Translations under genes and position numbers: made by a program | NCBI GenBank assembly: GCA_030390025.1 | Contig: CM059448.1 | Span: 12,586,001 to 12,650,000, forward strand | Length of the DNA stretch: 64,000 bases | Reading direction: 5' to 3' | Origin: Squalus acanthias | Lineage: Eukaryota | The notes under the pieces: generated by a model | Told to the model about the DNA's origin: nothing | The model's input: only the letters and a program-made list of their open reading frames with translations | The model's database searches: none | In this document: positions 23,781 to 36,793 of the stretch, piece after piece | Layout: every line of letters begins with the position of its first letter | How positions within the stretch are numbered: position 1 is the first letter of the stretch

Positions 23781-26700
23781 CTCGTGAGCCTTTGGGACTA
23801 AATCAGAATGTAGTATGTGTGTGTGTAAAGCAATTAAAGAGCAAGAGACTCACTTTGATGTTGTACCCCTCCGACATCATTTGTTTGCATGCAGAAAATG
23901 CATTTGGCAAATTGGTGTGCTAGTCGTACAGCAAAAACTATTCCTTCAGTTCCTTCATGTGATGCCCAAGGCCACTGACCTGACTTGAACCGTGTTAATC
24001 TGGTTTTAATTGTACGATAATTCTGCTATTTTTAATCAGTGTTTCAGGAATGGAGGGAGTTCTGTCATTTGCTTCCACCTTTTTCATGTAAACCCTCCCA
24101 TTTAGTGTACACAAGCCTGCACTGATTTCTGGGTTCAAGTAGGTTTGCATGCGTCAGGTGACATTTTTCTCACCCCAAATGTTAATTCCTTTTAAAACGG
24201 CTTGTCCAGTGTGAGATATTGCGATGATCTCCATCACTGATTATCAGGCCTGCATCACCAAGTACAAAATACCGTTCAGTGTCTCTTCTTTTGAAATTGG
24301 AATCCAGCACCCAAATCAATAGTCATCCCGCAGGCCAACGTATCTATGTTGGCTAAAGTTGCCGCCATTGAGGCAACAGGTAGACCTCTAACGGATCAGG
24401 TGGTAAAACATATTGACACATCTACAGCCTCTGCATTGCCTTTGGTGTAGCTTGCTTCAGAGAGCGAGAGAGAGAGAGTGTGACATCCGCAAGAAGATTT
24501 GCATAGTACAGCGAACAATGCGATGCTGAGAGTAAATGTTGAATGATGCGTGTTAAACTTCTAGCTCATTCCACAAAAGCAAAGCCAATTGACTTCATTT
24601 TTAAACTCTAAAAGTGTTGACATTTGTCGGCGTGTGTTTTGGCATTTCTCTAACCTACCCTCCGTGCTCTGCTACACAGTTTAATTTATGTTTCCTGGTG
24701 TCTCAAATGTCAAAACAGTGGGAGAAAATGTACTTCGAAACTTTACAGATGGAGCATTCATCCAAGAAACAAGGCGCAATATGCTTCCTCTTGCAAGCCT
24801 CAACTCCAGTGAGGAAGAAATGTTCCATCGGTTGTTAATGAGAGCGTGACAAATGTAAGGATGTAGGTGACCCTCTGACCTAATTAACCCTTTAAAGCAC
24901 TGTCAGCAAGTGATTTAACTTTCTTGCCTAGTATTTTCATAAGAAATAGGTGGTCACGGCACAAGGTGAATTGCAAATGTTTGCATTGTTCTTGGTTCTG
25001 GCGATGGGTGTGGTGGAAAGTGGGGAGGGGAGGGGTTGGTCAGCAGTGATTCAGAGGCCTAAAAGTGGACAAGAGACTCTGCCCAGGTCTGTGATTGATT
25101 CTCTGACCCACCATGTTGGTATACATAAAATCAGAAGAGCGACCTCCACTGGTTTAAATAGGTTATGCAAAGGATGCTAAATGGGGCTGCCGCACGATAG
25201 GAGGTGTAAAATTTATAGATAAATAATCTTTGGACTTTTTCCCCAATTCTTACTCTCCTGGAGATGTTGACTCCTTGCTAAGGGTACGGTTGTATCGGTT
25301 TGGGTAACCCTTCGATGCCCTCCCCCAAATGAGAATAGACAGTGAGGGCCCACAGCTATTTGAATGTGAAGGGCATTGGAAATTTGCAATATTTGGACAT
25401 TAATCGTTTGAATCCGGCAGAATTTCAGGCTGTGGGATTAGACTCCAACAAGGAGTAAATAGTAATTCTTGCATGCAGTTGTAATTTCCTGGACTGTTTC
25501 AACAGTTTCAAGAGCAAAAACAAAAATGTTATTTACTGTGTTGAAGAGGCTCTAAAGTGAGGGACTAGATTACAGCTAACTTTTCCCCCCAGATACTTCA
25601 TACACTGAGCCCTCTCTTTCAGTCTATCTTGACGGTCATAGAATAAGCATGTCATGATAAACATGTGTTTTGTGTAGTTTCTCCATTCTAGGGACTCCTA
25701 AGCAATGGGCATTTGTTGTATTGGACAGCATTTCAAAGTGAGGGATCAGCAGTGGGTCTTGTTGCAAAAGTCACCATTGCATATCCGTGAATCGGGTTCA
25801 GTGAGCTAGTTCTTCTAAAGTTCCTACTGTAAATAATGTCCACTGTGTGTAGTGGTGATAAGCAAGCGTCAACAGTATCTCTACTCTAGGAATTGTCTCT
25901 GGTTGGACTTTGCAGAGGAGTAGTTTTTACAGACTGGTGACATGGTCCTCCCTCTCCCTATGGGCTTTATGAAGAGATCCTCCTTTGCCATATGGGTTTT
26001 ATAAAAAATACATACTTTGTAAGACGCTTTTAAAATTGGAATAAAACTTAGAAAATAAATAAGCTCTCTTGTGGCTTTGGAAAATTGTAGTGTATGTGCA
26101 GAGAGATTCTTCTGTTCATTGCTGTGCCCTAAATTGCTGATCAAATGAATTTCCACAGAGCCTTCTAATCAGTCACATTTTAGATACATGTTGTGGACCT
26201 TCCAGTAGCACTGCATCCATGTACAAGTAAGCTCTATACTGTAATGTTACCAATTTAGTGCTTGAATGTAAATCTGGCAGCCGATTAGCCGTATAATACG
26301 AGGGTGTGGAGAAGCCTCTGGAATCTATGGCCCCATTGAGCGGTAGAGACCCAAGTCAAACGGTGGTCTTTGCGTGAATCAGTGTTGTATTGGCTCCAAT
26401 ATAAAAGTGAGAACTGATCCAATGTGAACTGTGCTGTTGGCACAAATTCAACTCTCCCAGGCTGTTGGAGAGAGCGTTGCACCAGTAACTGGCTTGAATT
26501 TGTGTGGCTGGGAGCAGTGAGGCCACGCGTATGGAGTGATCCCAAGTTTTCTGAAGCACTGGAAGGTGCCTGAACACGAAGAGGCCCAGACGTGTGATGT
26601 GGTGTTTCAAGATTTGGGGGGAGCCGGAATGCTAGATCAGCGTAGCGGATGCAAGTGAAGTGATTAAATGTGACTTCACTCGTGACGGTTCTTGCACTAT

Positions 26701-28364
26701 TGTATTGCTATTGCAGGAGAGCAGTTTTACTTTAATACTTTGCTGGCTACTGTTTATTAAAAAAAAATTAAAAAATTGGAAATATTCCTTACTGTGCAAG
26801 TTAGCTAAAATCATCTATTTTAAACCATCAGAATCTTGAATTCCTACTAGTTATTTGCACCAGGCTTTAATTTATTTTTAAATGAAAATAAGGATATAAT
26901 TTCTTTAACTTCAAAAAATAGAATCCAAGTGCGTCGATTTGAAGTTCATAAATGGGGCACTATGAATCATGAAGAATATCTAATTTAACAAGTGACAATC
27001 TATTATGTATTACACTGGTTATTAAACCCCATGTCTGTGCGGGCTCATCGCTGTCATTTGTCAGTGACCGTTCTCTGTCCTGAAGGTATTATTCTGTTCC
27101 AGCAGCTTTATTATTTTCCAATTGTACTGTCTGACTTCACACAGCGAGGATAGGTGATCTGTCCAAATTGATAGATTTTTGATGTAACCTTAAAGGAGAC
27201 GGCAGGCAGCGTGCTTTCTTAAAAAAAAAAAATAATGAAACCATTTGCATTGCTCCATCCTCGACCAACATACGTGTGTGTGTGTGTAGCTGCTGTTATA
27301 ATGATGCATTTATTAGTTTCTTTTTAAATGTATGCAGTAAATTAGCAATCCTAACTGAAGAAAGCTGCTGCTGGCTGGCCACTGTTAACGGGTGCCTCAG
27401 CACTCCCAGACCATGACTAGACATTACTTCATATCAAGACAGCTCTTTGCAGTGATAAGGTTATTGTGCCTGGAGATCCCATTCACTTTTCAAAGCTGTA
27501 ACAAGGCATCAGGAGAAGAGTTGCTGAGAGAATTCTGCAGCAATGCTGCCTTTTCCCCCCCTAAGCCTGATTTCACTTTCTCGATTTCTTTATTTTTTTC
27601 TTTCCCTGCCTATTTTCTTGCCTATCCTCCTCCTCCTCCTCCTCCTCATGATACTGAATCGTTGCTGAAGTACAATTCTCTGGGTGCCACTCGCCCTTTC
27701 TCCCCGCCCCCCCCCCCCAACCTTGCCCAAGTGCGCATTTTTCTTGTTGGCAACAACAACTTGCATTTATGTAGTGCCTTTAATGTAGTGAAACGTCTCG
27801 AGCGCAAATCAGACAAAAAAATGGCCGACAATTTGATCTGGCGTGGGGAGGGGCATCACAGGCAAGTCTTGTCTGCGCCTGACATTTACGCGTGCACATT
27901 TTCAGCAGGAGTCACTAGCTAGCAATCGTCAGTGGGACACGCACACACACACACAGTGCTCTTCACCCAGCACTATTCAGATGGGTAATGGATCGAAAGG
28001 GCAGGCCAGAATAATCTGTTAGCCTTTACTTCACTGTCAAAAGTGAACTCCTCCTGCATATTAAATCTTTACCTGCCAGCCACATACACAACTACTGCAG
28101 TCAGTCAAGCCCAGCTTGTGTGTATCTTTTTTTAAGGCTACTGTGTTAATTCAGTCATCACTAACATTTTGTTTTAAAGAAGAAAAACTACAGACGTGTT
28201 CTTTTGAGGCACTGTATGTCCCTAGATTTATCTCCATTTAGGGCGAATGGAAATTTAGCCTCGAGTTCCGCTGGTACCTCAGTTAATTTGCGGAGAGTTG
28301 CATGTTCTGCCAGAGGTCCAGTGAGAATTTACTACTTGTGCCATACTCCCATTCTTTGTTCTTC

Positions 28365-28560
28365 CTCAAAGATGCATTACCTTATGCTTATCCACATTAA
28401 ATTGCATCTGCCGTCTGTCTGCCCAATCCACTAGCGTGTCTGTTTTTCTGAAGTTGTTTACAATCCTCCTTGCTGTTTGCAGAATCTCCTCCTCTGGTGT
28501 CATTAGCAGCAAATTCTGAGACTGTAATCCCGATACACAGATCCAAATCATTTTTTGTAA
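28365..28560 (-). mobile_element. Old CR1 LINE RT fragment
   Basis: ORF 28366..28551(-) ends ...LVDWADRRQMQFNVDKHKVMHL, the CR1 RT W...WQM.FN..KC.VMH motif. Confidence 0.7.
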
Positions 28561-30558
28561 TTCCTGAGATACACTGTTTCCAACCCGAGCACTATTTACC
28601 CTAACTCTTACCTATCATTTGTTACGCAATGTAATGTGAAAATACCGGACACTGACCAAAGGAGTTCATTCAAAAGCCATATGGGGCTTTGACACGAGAG
28701 TAACTCCCAGGGTACATCAATAGCAGATTCCCCTCCAGATCGAGCCTTCCAGTCCATTCTCTTTAAAACCGCAAAAAAGTTTTATTAAAGGGGCACTGTC
28801 TTTATTTTAATAAAATGCCTGGCAAACTTTGCTGCTTGACATTCAATCCAATTACATAAACTGGGTCAAACCCCATGCTAATCCCAGTTACACGTGACAC
28901 TGTGACAAAAATGATGGGCAGTCCCTCGAGCTCTTTTTCTGTCAAAACATTCCCCCACCAAAAGAGAAAATGTCTCCCAAGTACTTTTCTATTGAAGGTA
29001 GCGCTCCTGTTGAGGAAAATGTGCAACATTTTCATTTCTCAAGCTTCCGTTTCCATAGCCACAAGTGCAAGGAAATGCCATGAATTGCTTGTATTTACTT
29101 CCATCGCCAGACCGTGAGCACAGAGTTTGTTTTAATAGACACCAACTGTTGTAATCTGGATGCTAGAGACTCTGGTCATGAATTTAACATAGTGAAAAGC
29201 AATTATGTGACCCCCGCCCACCCCCTTCGTGGGAATAATCCAGTAGAGGTGAAGCATAAACATACATTTTAGTCATAAATATGAACTTTGTTCCAATACA
29301 TTAAAGTGTGGTTTGCAATTTAGAACCAAATTGCTTCAGTGAAACATGTCGCTCTGTTGGGACTTTGGATGATTTTTTTGTTGGATTCTAGAATAGAGAA
29401 ATTAAAGGGAGAGTCTGAGAAATCACAAGGAGCCAACAGCACAGACTGTGACTACAGTGTTACTGTTCTGGAGAGCAAACCCACACAAGACTTCAACCAG
29501 GGAAGATGACTCGGGGCGAAGTAGGATATTGCGTTCTGCATCTAGAGCTCATTTGCCCCAAAATACCACATATATTTAAGACTTGACTAAAGGGACTATT
29601 CCAAAGAAACAGCTTGAGTTGTGTATATAAATGCGCAAAGCGCCGTTAATCCATCTTGTCCCGTCCTAATGGTCTCTGCTCTGCCTGCCCTCGGCCCCCT
29701 TCCACTACAGTCATCTATATACGCCAATAAATAACTTCTTGTGGTTTTAAATGCTTAAAACAGCTGTTCTGAAATTTGCAGTAAACCCTTTAATTCATCA
29801 TTGCAGCTAAATCTGTTCATGCCGAAAGAGAGAGAGAGACAAGTTTACAACGTGACTGTTCTGAGGGCACCAGCTGTACTGCAGTTCATTAAAGGGGCAA
29901 AACTAGTTTTATGCAGACTGCTGTTCCGCTAATGCGGCTGCTGTGCGTGGATTTGTTCAGAGATGCGGGATGTCTCTTAAGTGACTTAGTATCCGAGTGA
30001 CTTAAGATACAGCCTGTTGCACGGCTGTGGTAATCTTTCAGACATCTAGAAATATATAGAGCAGGCCCCTGAGAAACTGACCTGTAATTTTAACCTCGCC
30101 CCATCGGGTGGATTGCAGGGCTGATTGTTGCAGTTTTCGATTTCCTTTTTGCTCTGTCAAATGACTTGGAAAATAAAGCATTGATGGGCTTCAAATGCTG
30201 CAATCGGACTCTGCAGGGGGCTCCTCGGTAAATATTTTATCTAAGCATCATTTTCTCAAATAGTGGACCGCTGTACTGTCTTACAATTTGCTTTTGGCAT
30301 GTCTTGTAGTTAATTCTAAGAATCTCTAGCTCCCTCCAATGGCGCTGGGTTTTTGATCCAGTGAGCAGCCAAATTCCCAGCCAGGATTCCCGTTCCCAAT
30401 TAGCTGGTCATTCATAGTTTGCCCACATAGCAACAGCACTTTGCTTCAAAGTACATTAGTTGCGACTGAAGCGCTTTGGGATGTCGAGAGAGAGATGATA
30501 AAGATGTGATGTAAATGTGAATTTGTACATTTGTTCTTTCCTGATCACCAGACGCCTG

Positions 30559-31022
30559 TGTCAGCCAGTGGCTCAGTTGGTAGCACCCTCGCCTCTGAGT
30601 CAGAAGGTTGTGGGTTCAAGTCCCACTCCAGAGACTTGAGCACAAGAATCTAGGCTGACACTCCCAGTGCAGTGCTGAGGGAGTGCTGCACTGTCGGAGG
30701 TGCCGTCTTTCGGATGAGACGTTAAACTGAGGCCCTGTCTGCGCTCAGGTGGACGTAAAAGATCCCATGGCACTATTTTGAAGAAGAGCAGGGGAGTTAT
30801 CCCCGGTGGCCTGGCCAAAATTTCTCCCTCAATCAACATCATAAAAACAGATTATCTGGCCATTATCACATTGCTGTTTGTGGGAGCTTGCGGTGCGCAA
30901 AATTGGCTGCCGCGTTTCCCACATTACAACAGTGACTCCACTTCAAAAAGTACTTCACTGGCTGTAAAACGCTTTGAGACGTCCGGTGGTCGTGAAAGGC
31001 GCTATATAAATGCAAGTCTTTT
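30559..31022 (+). mobile_element. Full-length DeuSINE (SacSINE1-like)
   Basis: tgtcagccagtggctcagttggtagcac head ... aggcgctatataaatgcaagtcttt tail. Confidence 0.9.
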
Positions 31023-31939
31023 ACAACAGTGTCGGTGCCAAGTGAGGACTGGGTCAGGTTCAACTGTCATATCCACCCCCCGCAGTCAAATAGCCCATTT
31101 AAAGCTCATGGTCAAGACTCGGTATGGGAATAATGGCCTCGTGGGCGATGGACTAGAAAATGGCCAGCTACCCATGGGGATGCGTACCCTAGCGAGGTGA
31201 CAGCGATGTAATATGGGGAGGGGCTGAGATGTGTGTTAGTCACGCGTCCATATGGCTCCCATTTTGGCAGGCAGTAAGTCCATTCTATTGCATGCATTAT
31301 TCAGAGTATAGATGTCACAGCATCTATAGTCAGCCCCACACCCTTCACCATGACCTCTGACAGTACCGGGATAATTTAACTCCTCACCAGTGATGCTGTA
31401 TAAACACCCTTGCTGCTTCACATGTTTTAAGGCTCCCAAAGGAGGGTGTCCTAGAGAAGCTTGTTTGTGTATTTAGTTAGTACAGTAGTAGGGCCATTTA
31501 GGACGCCTCTTGACATTTTGACTGGTTTACTGTCGAGAGCTAATCAATAATGAGCATTACACTGACTCAACAGTTTTTTTTAAAAATAAGGGTAATTATG
31601 GGCCTGGGGCATCAATCTGCTGCCGGAGCGTAAAGTGCTTTTGTGGGGTGCACTTGAACAGAAAGTACCATTATTAGTATGCACTTAATAGAATGGGCAT
31701 CAATTGAAATTCATTTGGAGGGACTGTGGGGCAGAGGGGGAATTGTGACATTAAATAATAAAGCACTTAACAGCTACATAGAAAAGGCACTGATTATTTG
31801 AATTGGTGAGAGCGTGGAATTGGATTTAATTGAGAATTTGAGTCAATCCAGGCATTCGAAGCATTTGTCACCGTTTGTAGTGCCGACTGGACACAACCAT
31901 TGACATTTTAGCAGCGTTCGGCTCCTACTTTGAATTTAT

Positions 31940-31977
31940 AAACCTCCCTGAACCGCTCTGCCTCTTTACCCCCCCCC

Positions 31978-32066
<89 letters not shown>

Positions 32067-32197
32067 AGATGCTCCTTTAAAAGCTACCTCTTCGATCAAG
32101 CTTTTGGTCATCTGTCCTGATCTCTCCTGTGCCTCCGTGTCAAAAATGTTGTTTTATTGATATCGCTGCTGTTAACATTTGAGATGTTTTACTACGT
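31940..32197 (+). mobile_element. L2 LINE 3' fragment containing an expanded C-run/(CT)n microsatellite (31970-32065)
   Basis: taagatgctcctttaaaagctacctcttcgatcaagcttttggtcatctgtcc matches the reverse complement of the adjacent L2 copy. The two copies are tail-to-tail. Confidence 0.75.
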
Positions 32198-32745
32198 CAA
32201 CAACAACAACTTGTATTTATATAGCGCCATTAACAGCGTAAACGGTCCCAAAGCGCTTCATACGAGTATTATAAGATGAAAAAATTTGACACCGAGCCAC
32301 ATAAGGAGAAATTAGGGCAGGTGACCAAAAGCTTGGTCAAAGAGGTAGGTTTTAAGGAGCGTCTTAAAGGAGGAAAGAGAGGTGGGGAGGCGGAGAGGTT
32401 TATGCAGGGAATTCCAGAGCTTAGGGCCCAGGCAACAGAAGGCACGACCACCAATGGTGGAGCGACTTATAATCAGGGATGCTCAAGAGGGCAGAATTAG
32501 AGGAGCGCAGATATCGGTGGGGGGGAGGGAGGGTGTGGGGCTGAAGGAGATTACAGAGATAGGGAGGGGCGAGGGCATGGAGGGATTTGAAAACTAGGAT
32601 GAGAATTTTGAACTCGAGACGCTGCTTAACCGGGAGCCAATGTAGGTCAGCGAGCACAGGGGTGATGGGTGAACGGGACTTGGTGCGAGTTAGGACACGG
32701 GCAGCCGAGTTTTGGATGACATCAAGTTTACCTCGGGTAGAACTT
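32198..32745 (-). mobile_element. L2-clade LINE 3' part
   Basis: ORF 32421..32825(-) contains LDVIQNSAARVLTRTK...ITPVLADLHWLPVKQRLEFKI...APPYL (L2 RT C-terminus). 3' tail ggcgctatataaatacaagttgttgttg. Confidence 0.9.
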
Positions 32746-34523
32746 GGGAGCTCAGAAATGGAGTGCCATAACGCTGTTGGATTTTTAATAAAGAAACTAT
32801 ATGTAATCAAAAAAATCTCTGCCATGCATATATAGCATTTGTTTTCAAAAGTGGATTTTTTCTTTCTTCATAAATACATGCTTTTAAAGGGGAATTGGGT
32901 ATATATTTGAAAAGGAGAAATTTCCAGGGCTATGGGGAGGAAAAAGCATGCGAGTGGGATTAATTGGATAGCTCTCGACACGATGGGCCGAATGGCCGCC
33001 TTCTGTGTTGTACAGTATTATGCTATCTGGGCAGTTCTGTCATCTCGGGGTTCAGGGGACCGTTAGAAACCACTTGTATTTAAATAGAAGAGGGGCAGCC
33101 AAGACTAAATACAATGGGCCGTTGGAGCCGATTCTGTTGGCTGGCTATAAATAGCACCGTCAATGCACGTTGTGCTTTCTTGACGTGTCGTGTGTTCTGG
33201 GTGTTGACTGTGGAGCTGAGACGAGGGGAATCAACCACAAGATAGTACCTTGGATGGATTACACTGTTACCTGACAGTGATGTGCCAGAAGGCTAACACT
33301 CTTGATATTTTCCCTCCATTTTGCTCCCTCTCTCCTAAAGGCACTGACTTGCTGTGTGTGCTACAATTTGACCTGTAACTTTTCGGCCCTTCTTTCAATT
33401 TTCTCTTTCTTTTTCCCCCCCCTGAAGGCGCTAACTCGCTGTCGGGGTGCAGTCCTGTGGTCTGGCGGGCCTCTGCTACAGTTGCTGTGTTAAATGTCTA
33501 TCCTTTTTGATCAGAGCGCAATGAACTGAAAAAGCCTAGAGAGGGTGGGGAGAGAGAGAGCGTGAGAGAGACGGCTAATTTTAGAACAGACCTGAGTTGT
33601 TCTTCAATTGCTGTCACTATAATTAACTATCACAAAATGAAGCCGCGTAGGATGATGGAAGGAGGTCACTGCTTGCTGACAGCTGAAACAACACTTTTTT
33701 TTCCCCCCCCACGTGTTTCAGTCCGTGGAGCCATGAGGGCCGCCTTCTGCACAGGGGACACCAACTCTGTTAATGAGCAAGACGCCTGAATTTGCAGATT
33801 GTGCATGTCAGCAAAACATGGACTTGCCGTACAAGCCTATTCTGCCATTTGGGAAATCAAAGGTCCATAGTTTTTATTCTATTGGTTGCCTGCAAGCACA
33901 GATTACTGACAACTTTACATCCTGTTAGTGTGGCTGGCTGTGTTTAGTTAAAACAGCACTTTGCAGCGAATCTGGGGCCTAACTTGATTGGAGCCTTTCT
34001 TGTAGTTGTCAAAGAAATAATAAGCTTTGAATCGAATGTTATTTGAATGAAGGGCTCCCGTGAGAATAAAGCATATTTTGAAATGGAAGAAAAATGTAAT
34101 ATTTGAAATCTCATCGGTTATTGTAGTTCCTTCGTGGTGTAGAAATCTTAAACCAAAAGAGCAGAGGTTTGCTGTGAACAGTGGCAGAAATGAACCAATC
34201 CTATCCCAACAGAGTCAAATCCCATAGAGCAATGTGCCTTCATCCAATCGGATCGCAGAGCCATCTTTCCATCAGTCACACAAAAACAGCCAACCTATAA
34301 TAACCTTCCTAGAGAAACTGTGGTATACGGCTGTCATACAGTTCCTTACTTTCACTATATACCCCTGCTACGGGATAGTGCCACACCCAGTATTCCTGTG
34401 CTCCACCCATACTTTGCTTTACACTTTAATTTCACTCCAGCCCCTCTCCCCAGTAATGCCCAGCCTGATGCCTCATCTTATTTTCCAGTGACTCCCAAAG
34501 TCTGCTTCAAGCTTACTCTAAGC

Positions 34524-34864
34524 TTTCCCTCTTTCTCTCCCTTCCCCTCTTTCTCTCCCTTCCCCTCTTTCTCTCCCTTCCCCTCTTTCTCTCCCTTCCC
34601 CTCTTTCTCTCCCTTCCCCTCTTTCTCTCCCTTCCCCTCTTTCTCTCCCTTCCCCTCTTTCTCTCCCTTCCCCTCTTTCTCTCCCTTCCCCTCTTTCTCT
34701 CCCTTCCCCTCTTTCTCTCCCTTCCCCTCTTTCTCTCCCTTCCCCTCTTTCTCTCCCTTCCCCTCTTTCTCTCCCTTCCCCTCTTTCTCTCCCTTCCCCT
34801 CTTTCTCTCCCTTCCCCTCTTTCTCTCCCTTCCCCTCTTTCTCTCCCTTCCCCTCTTTCTCTCC
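34524..34864 (+). repeat. Perfect 18-bp polypyrimidine minisatellite (TTTCTCTCCCTTCCCCTC) x ~19
   Basis: Read directly. Produces the FPSFSP, ERKRGR and ERGEGR pseudo-ORFs. Confidence 0.95.
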
Positions 34865-34925
34865 TCAGCCCCACATTGCTGAATGATGTCAGCAAGTGAC
34901 GCCACCGTGGTGACTCCATATTAAC

Positions 34926-35103
34926 CACCTGAGGGGGTAGACGGGGCCTCGGTCTAACGTCTCATCTGACGGCCCAGCGCTCCCTCAGCACTGCCCTGGA
35001 GTGTCAGCTTGGATTATGTGCTCAAGTCTCTGGAGTAGGACTTGTACCCACAACCTTCTGACTCCGAGGCGAGAGAGCGCTACCAACTGAGCCACGGCTG
35101 CCA
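34926..35103 (-). mobile_element. DeuSINE 5' fragment
   Basis: ccacctgaggggg...caaccttctgactccgaggcgag...ccaactgagccacggctg. Confidence 0.8.
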
Positions 35104-36390
35104 CTTTCAAGACTGGTTTCTGCATTGGTCCCAGGAATAATCTAATGTGTGTACAAACACGTAAACATTAAGGAAAACTTGCATTTATTATGCGTCTCAT
35201 CACATCTCTCAAACATCCAAACACTTTGTGGTAAATTACTTTGAAGCGCAGTCACAGTTATGAAGGCAAGTGTGACGGCCCATTTTGTGCACAGCAAGAT
35301 CCTCTAATTAGCAAAGAGATGAAATTGTCCAGTAAATATTCTGGGACGGTCAGGAGACATTGCATAGCATTGCAGAATTTCAGGATGCACCTACTGTGTG
35401 CTAAGTGGGACATTCATCCACGCCTGAGCCTGCTATACAGGCAGAAGAGAGCCACCTCAATTTGTTGCTGTACAGATCCTGAACCCAATCACCCTCCCCA
35501 TTCCTAAACGACAGCGCTTGTGATCAGAGTGCACAAATGAGGGTCACTGAGAGAATCCCACTGGATTTGATGCTTTTTGCGTTGATCCGATCAGAAGCCC
35601 TCTTGGAAAATCCAGATCAATTATTCAATCATGTACAGCTCATAAATCTAAAGAAAATAATTCGGTCTGCGGCTGGAGCTGGGTTGCTTTTGTGTCTAAA
35701 CAAATCCTAATTTGATTCGTGTAAACACTCCGTTTGAAAGAATTGTCCTGTTACCCGCTTTGTGTGTCTTCCCACTTGAGAAGACTGGGACACCGAACCC
35801 TACAGGTTCCAATATCCGCACAGATACTGCTGAAAAGTCCGTGCATCGAGGGAGCGAAATTCCTCCTTTTCAAAAAGAAAATGGCACTGTGCCCATTTTC
35901 TTCTTGGTTAGTGAGCTGCTAACTGAAGTACAGAAAGCAGTGGTTTTTAAAATGTTCTGGTTGCTAAGGATATGCGGCCAGGGATTTCCCACTTCTCGGC
36001 TCACCAGTTCCTGAATTGCCCCCCTCTCTCACCCCACCCAATTCACTTTATTGGATGGAAAATTCCGGCTGTGGAATTGGGGAAAATTCCGCAATCACTT
36101 GTTGGGTTATTAACTACAGGCTGAGGGTCGGGTGTCGTTTCTGTTGTCAAGTAATGTGACACAACTAATAAAAGTAAACTAGAACTTATTTCCACCTAGT
36201 TGCTGCCAGCTCAGTATTTGGGAATCGAGCTTCTCTTGACGATCTATAATGTAGTAGCTATTTAGTGAACTGGAAGGTCCCCAGTAGAGTGAGTTGCAAC
36301 TACTGGGAGATCACCGGTTCAGTCCTCCCCCCACTTGAGTTAGCTGATCTCGGCTGGGGCCATGTTGGGGGTTTGCCTTGATTGGTTCAT

Positions 36391-36793
36391 TGCCAACCAT
36401 GGCTCAGCTGGTAGCACTCTCGCCTCCCCGAGCCGGAAGGTCGTGGGTTCAAGTCCCACGCCAGAGACTTGAGCAGATTCACTGCACTGTCGGAGGTGCC
36501 CGTCTTGCGGACGGGACCTTAACTGTGGTCCCGTCTGTCCTCTTCGGGTGGATGTAAAAGATCCATTGGCACTATTCGTGAACGAGCAGGGAAGTTCTCC
36601 CGGTGTCCTAGACAACATTATAACCCTCAACCAACACCACCAAACAGATTATCTGCTCCCTTATCTCATTGCTGCTTGTGGGAGCTTGCTGTTGCGTTTC
36701 CTACATTGCAACACTACACTTCAAAAGTAATTTGGTTTGCCAAGGGTTTTGGGTCATCCTGAGTTTGTGAAAGGTGCTGTGTAAATGCAAGTC
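36391..36793 (+). mobile_element. Diverged DeuSINE
   Basis: tggctcagctggtagcactctcgcc head through ggtgctgtgtaaatgcaagtc tail. Confidence 0.8.

Noticed and set aside
27392-27922. 176-aa proline-rich ORF
   Set aside because: Made of (CCT)n and C-runs plus repeat fragments, with a non-ATG start and no recognisable domain.
34524-34864. Possible CRISPR-like array
   Set aside because: Contiguous identical units without spacers, in vertebrate intronic DNA.
34320-34928. Long ORFs with FPSFSP / ERKRGR / ERGEGR repeats
   Set aside because: Produced by a stop-free 18-bp minisatellite. There is no splice or homology support.
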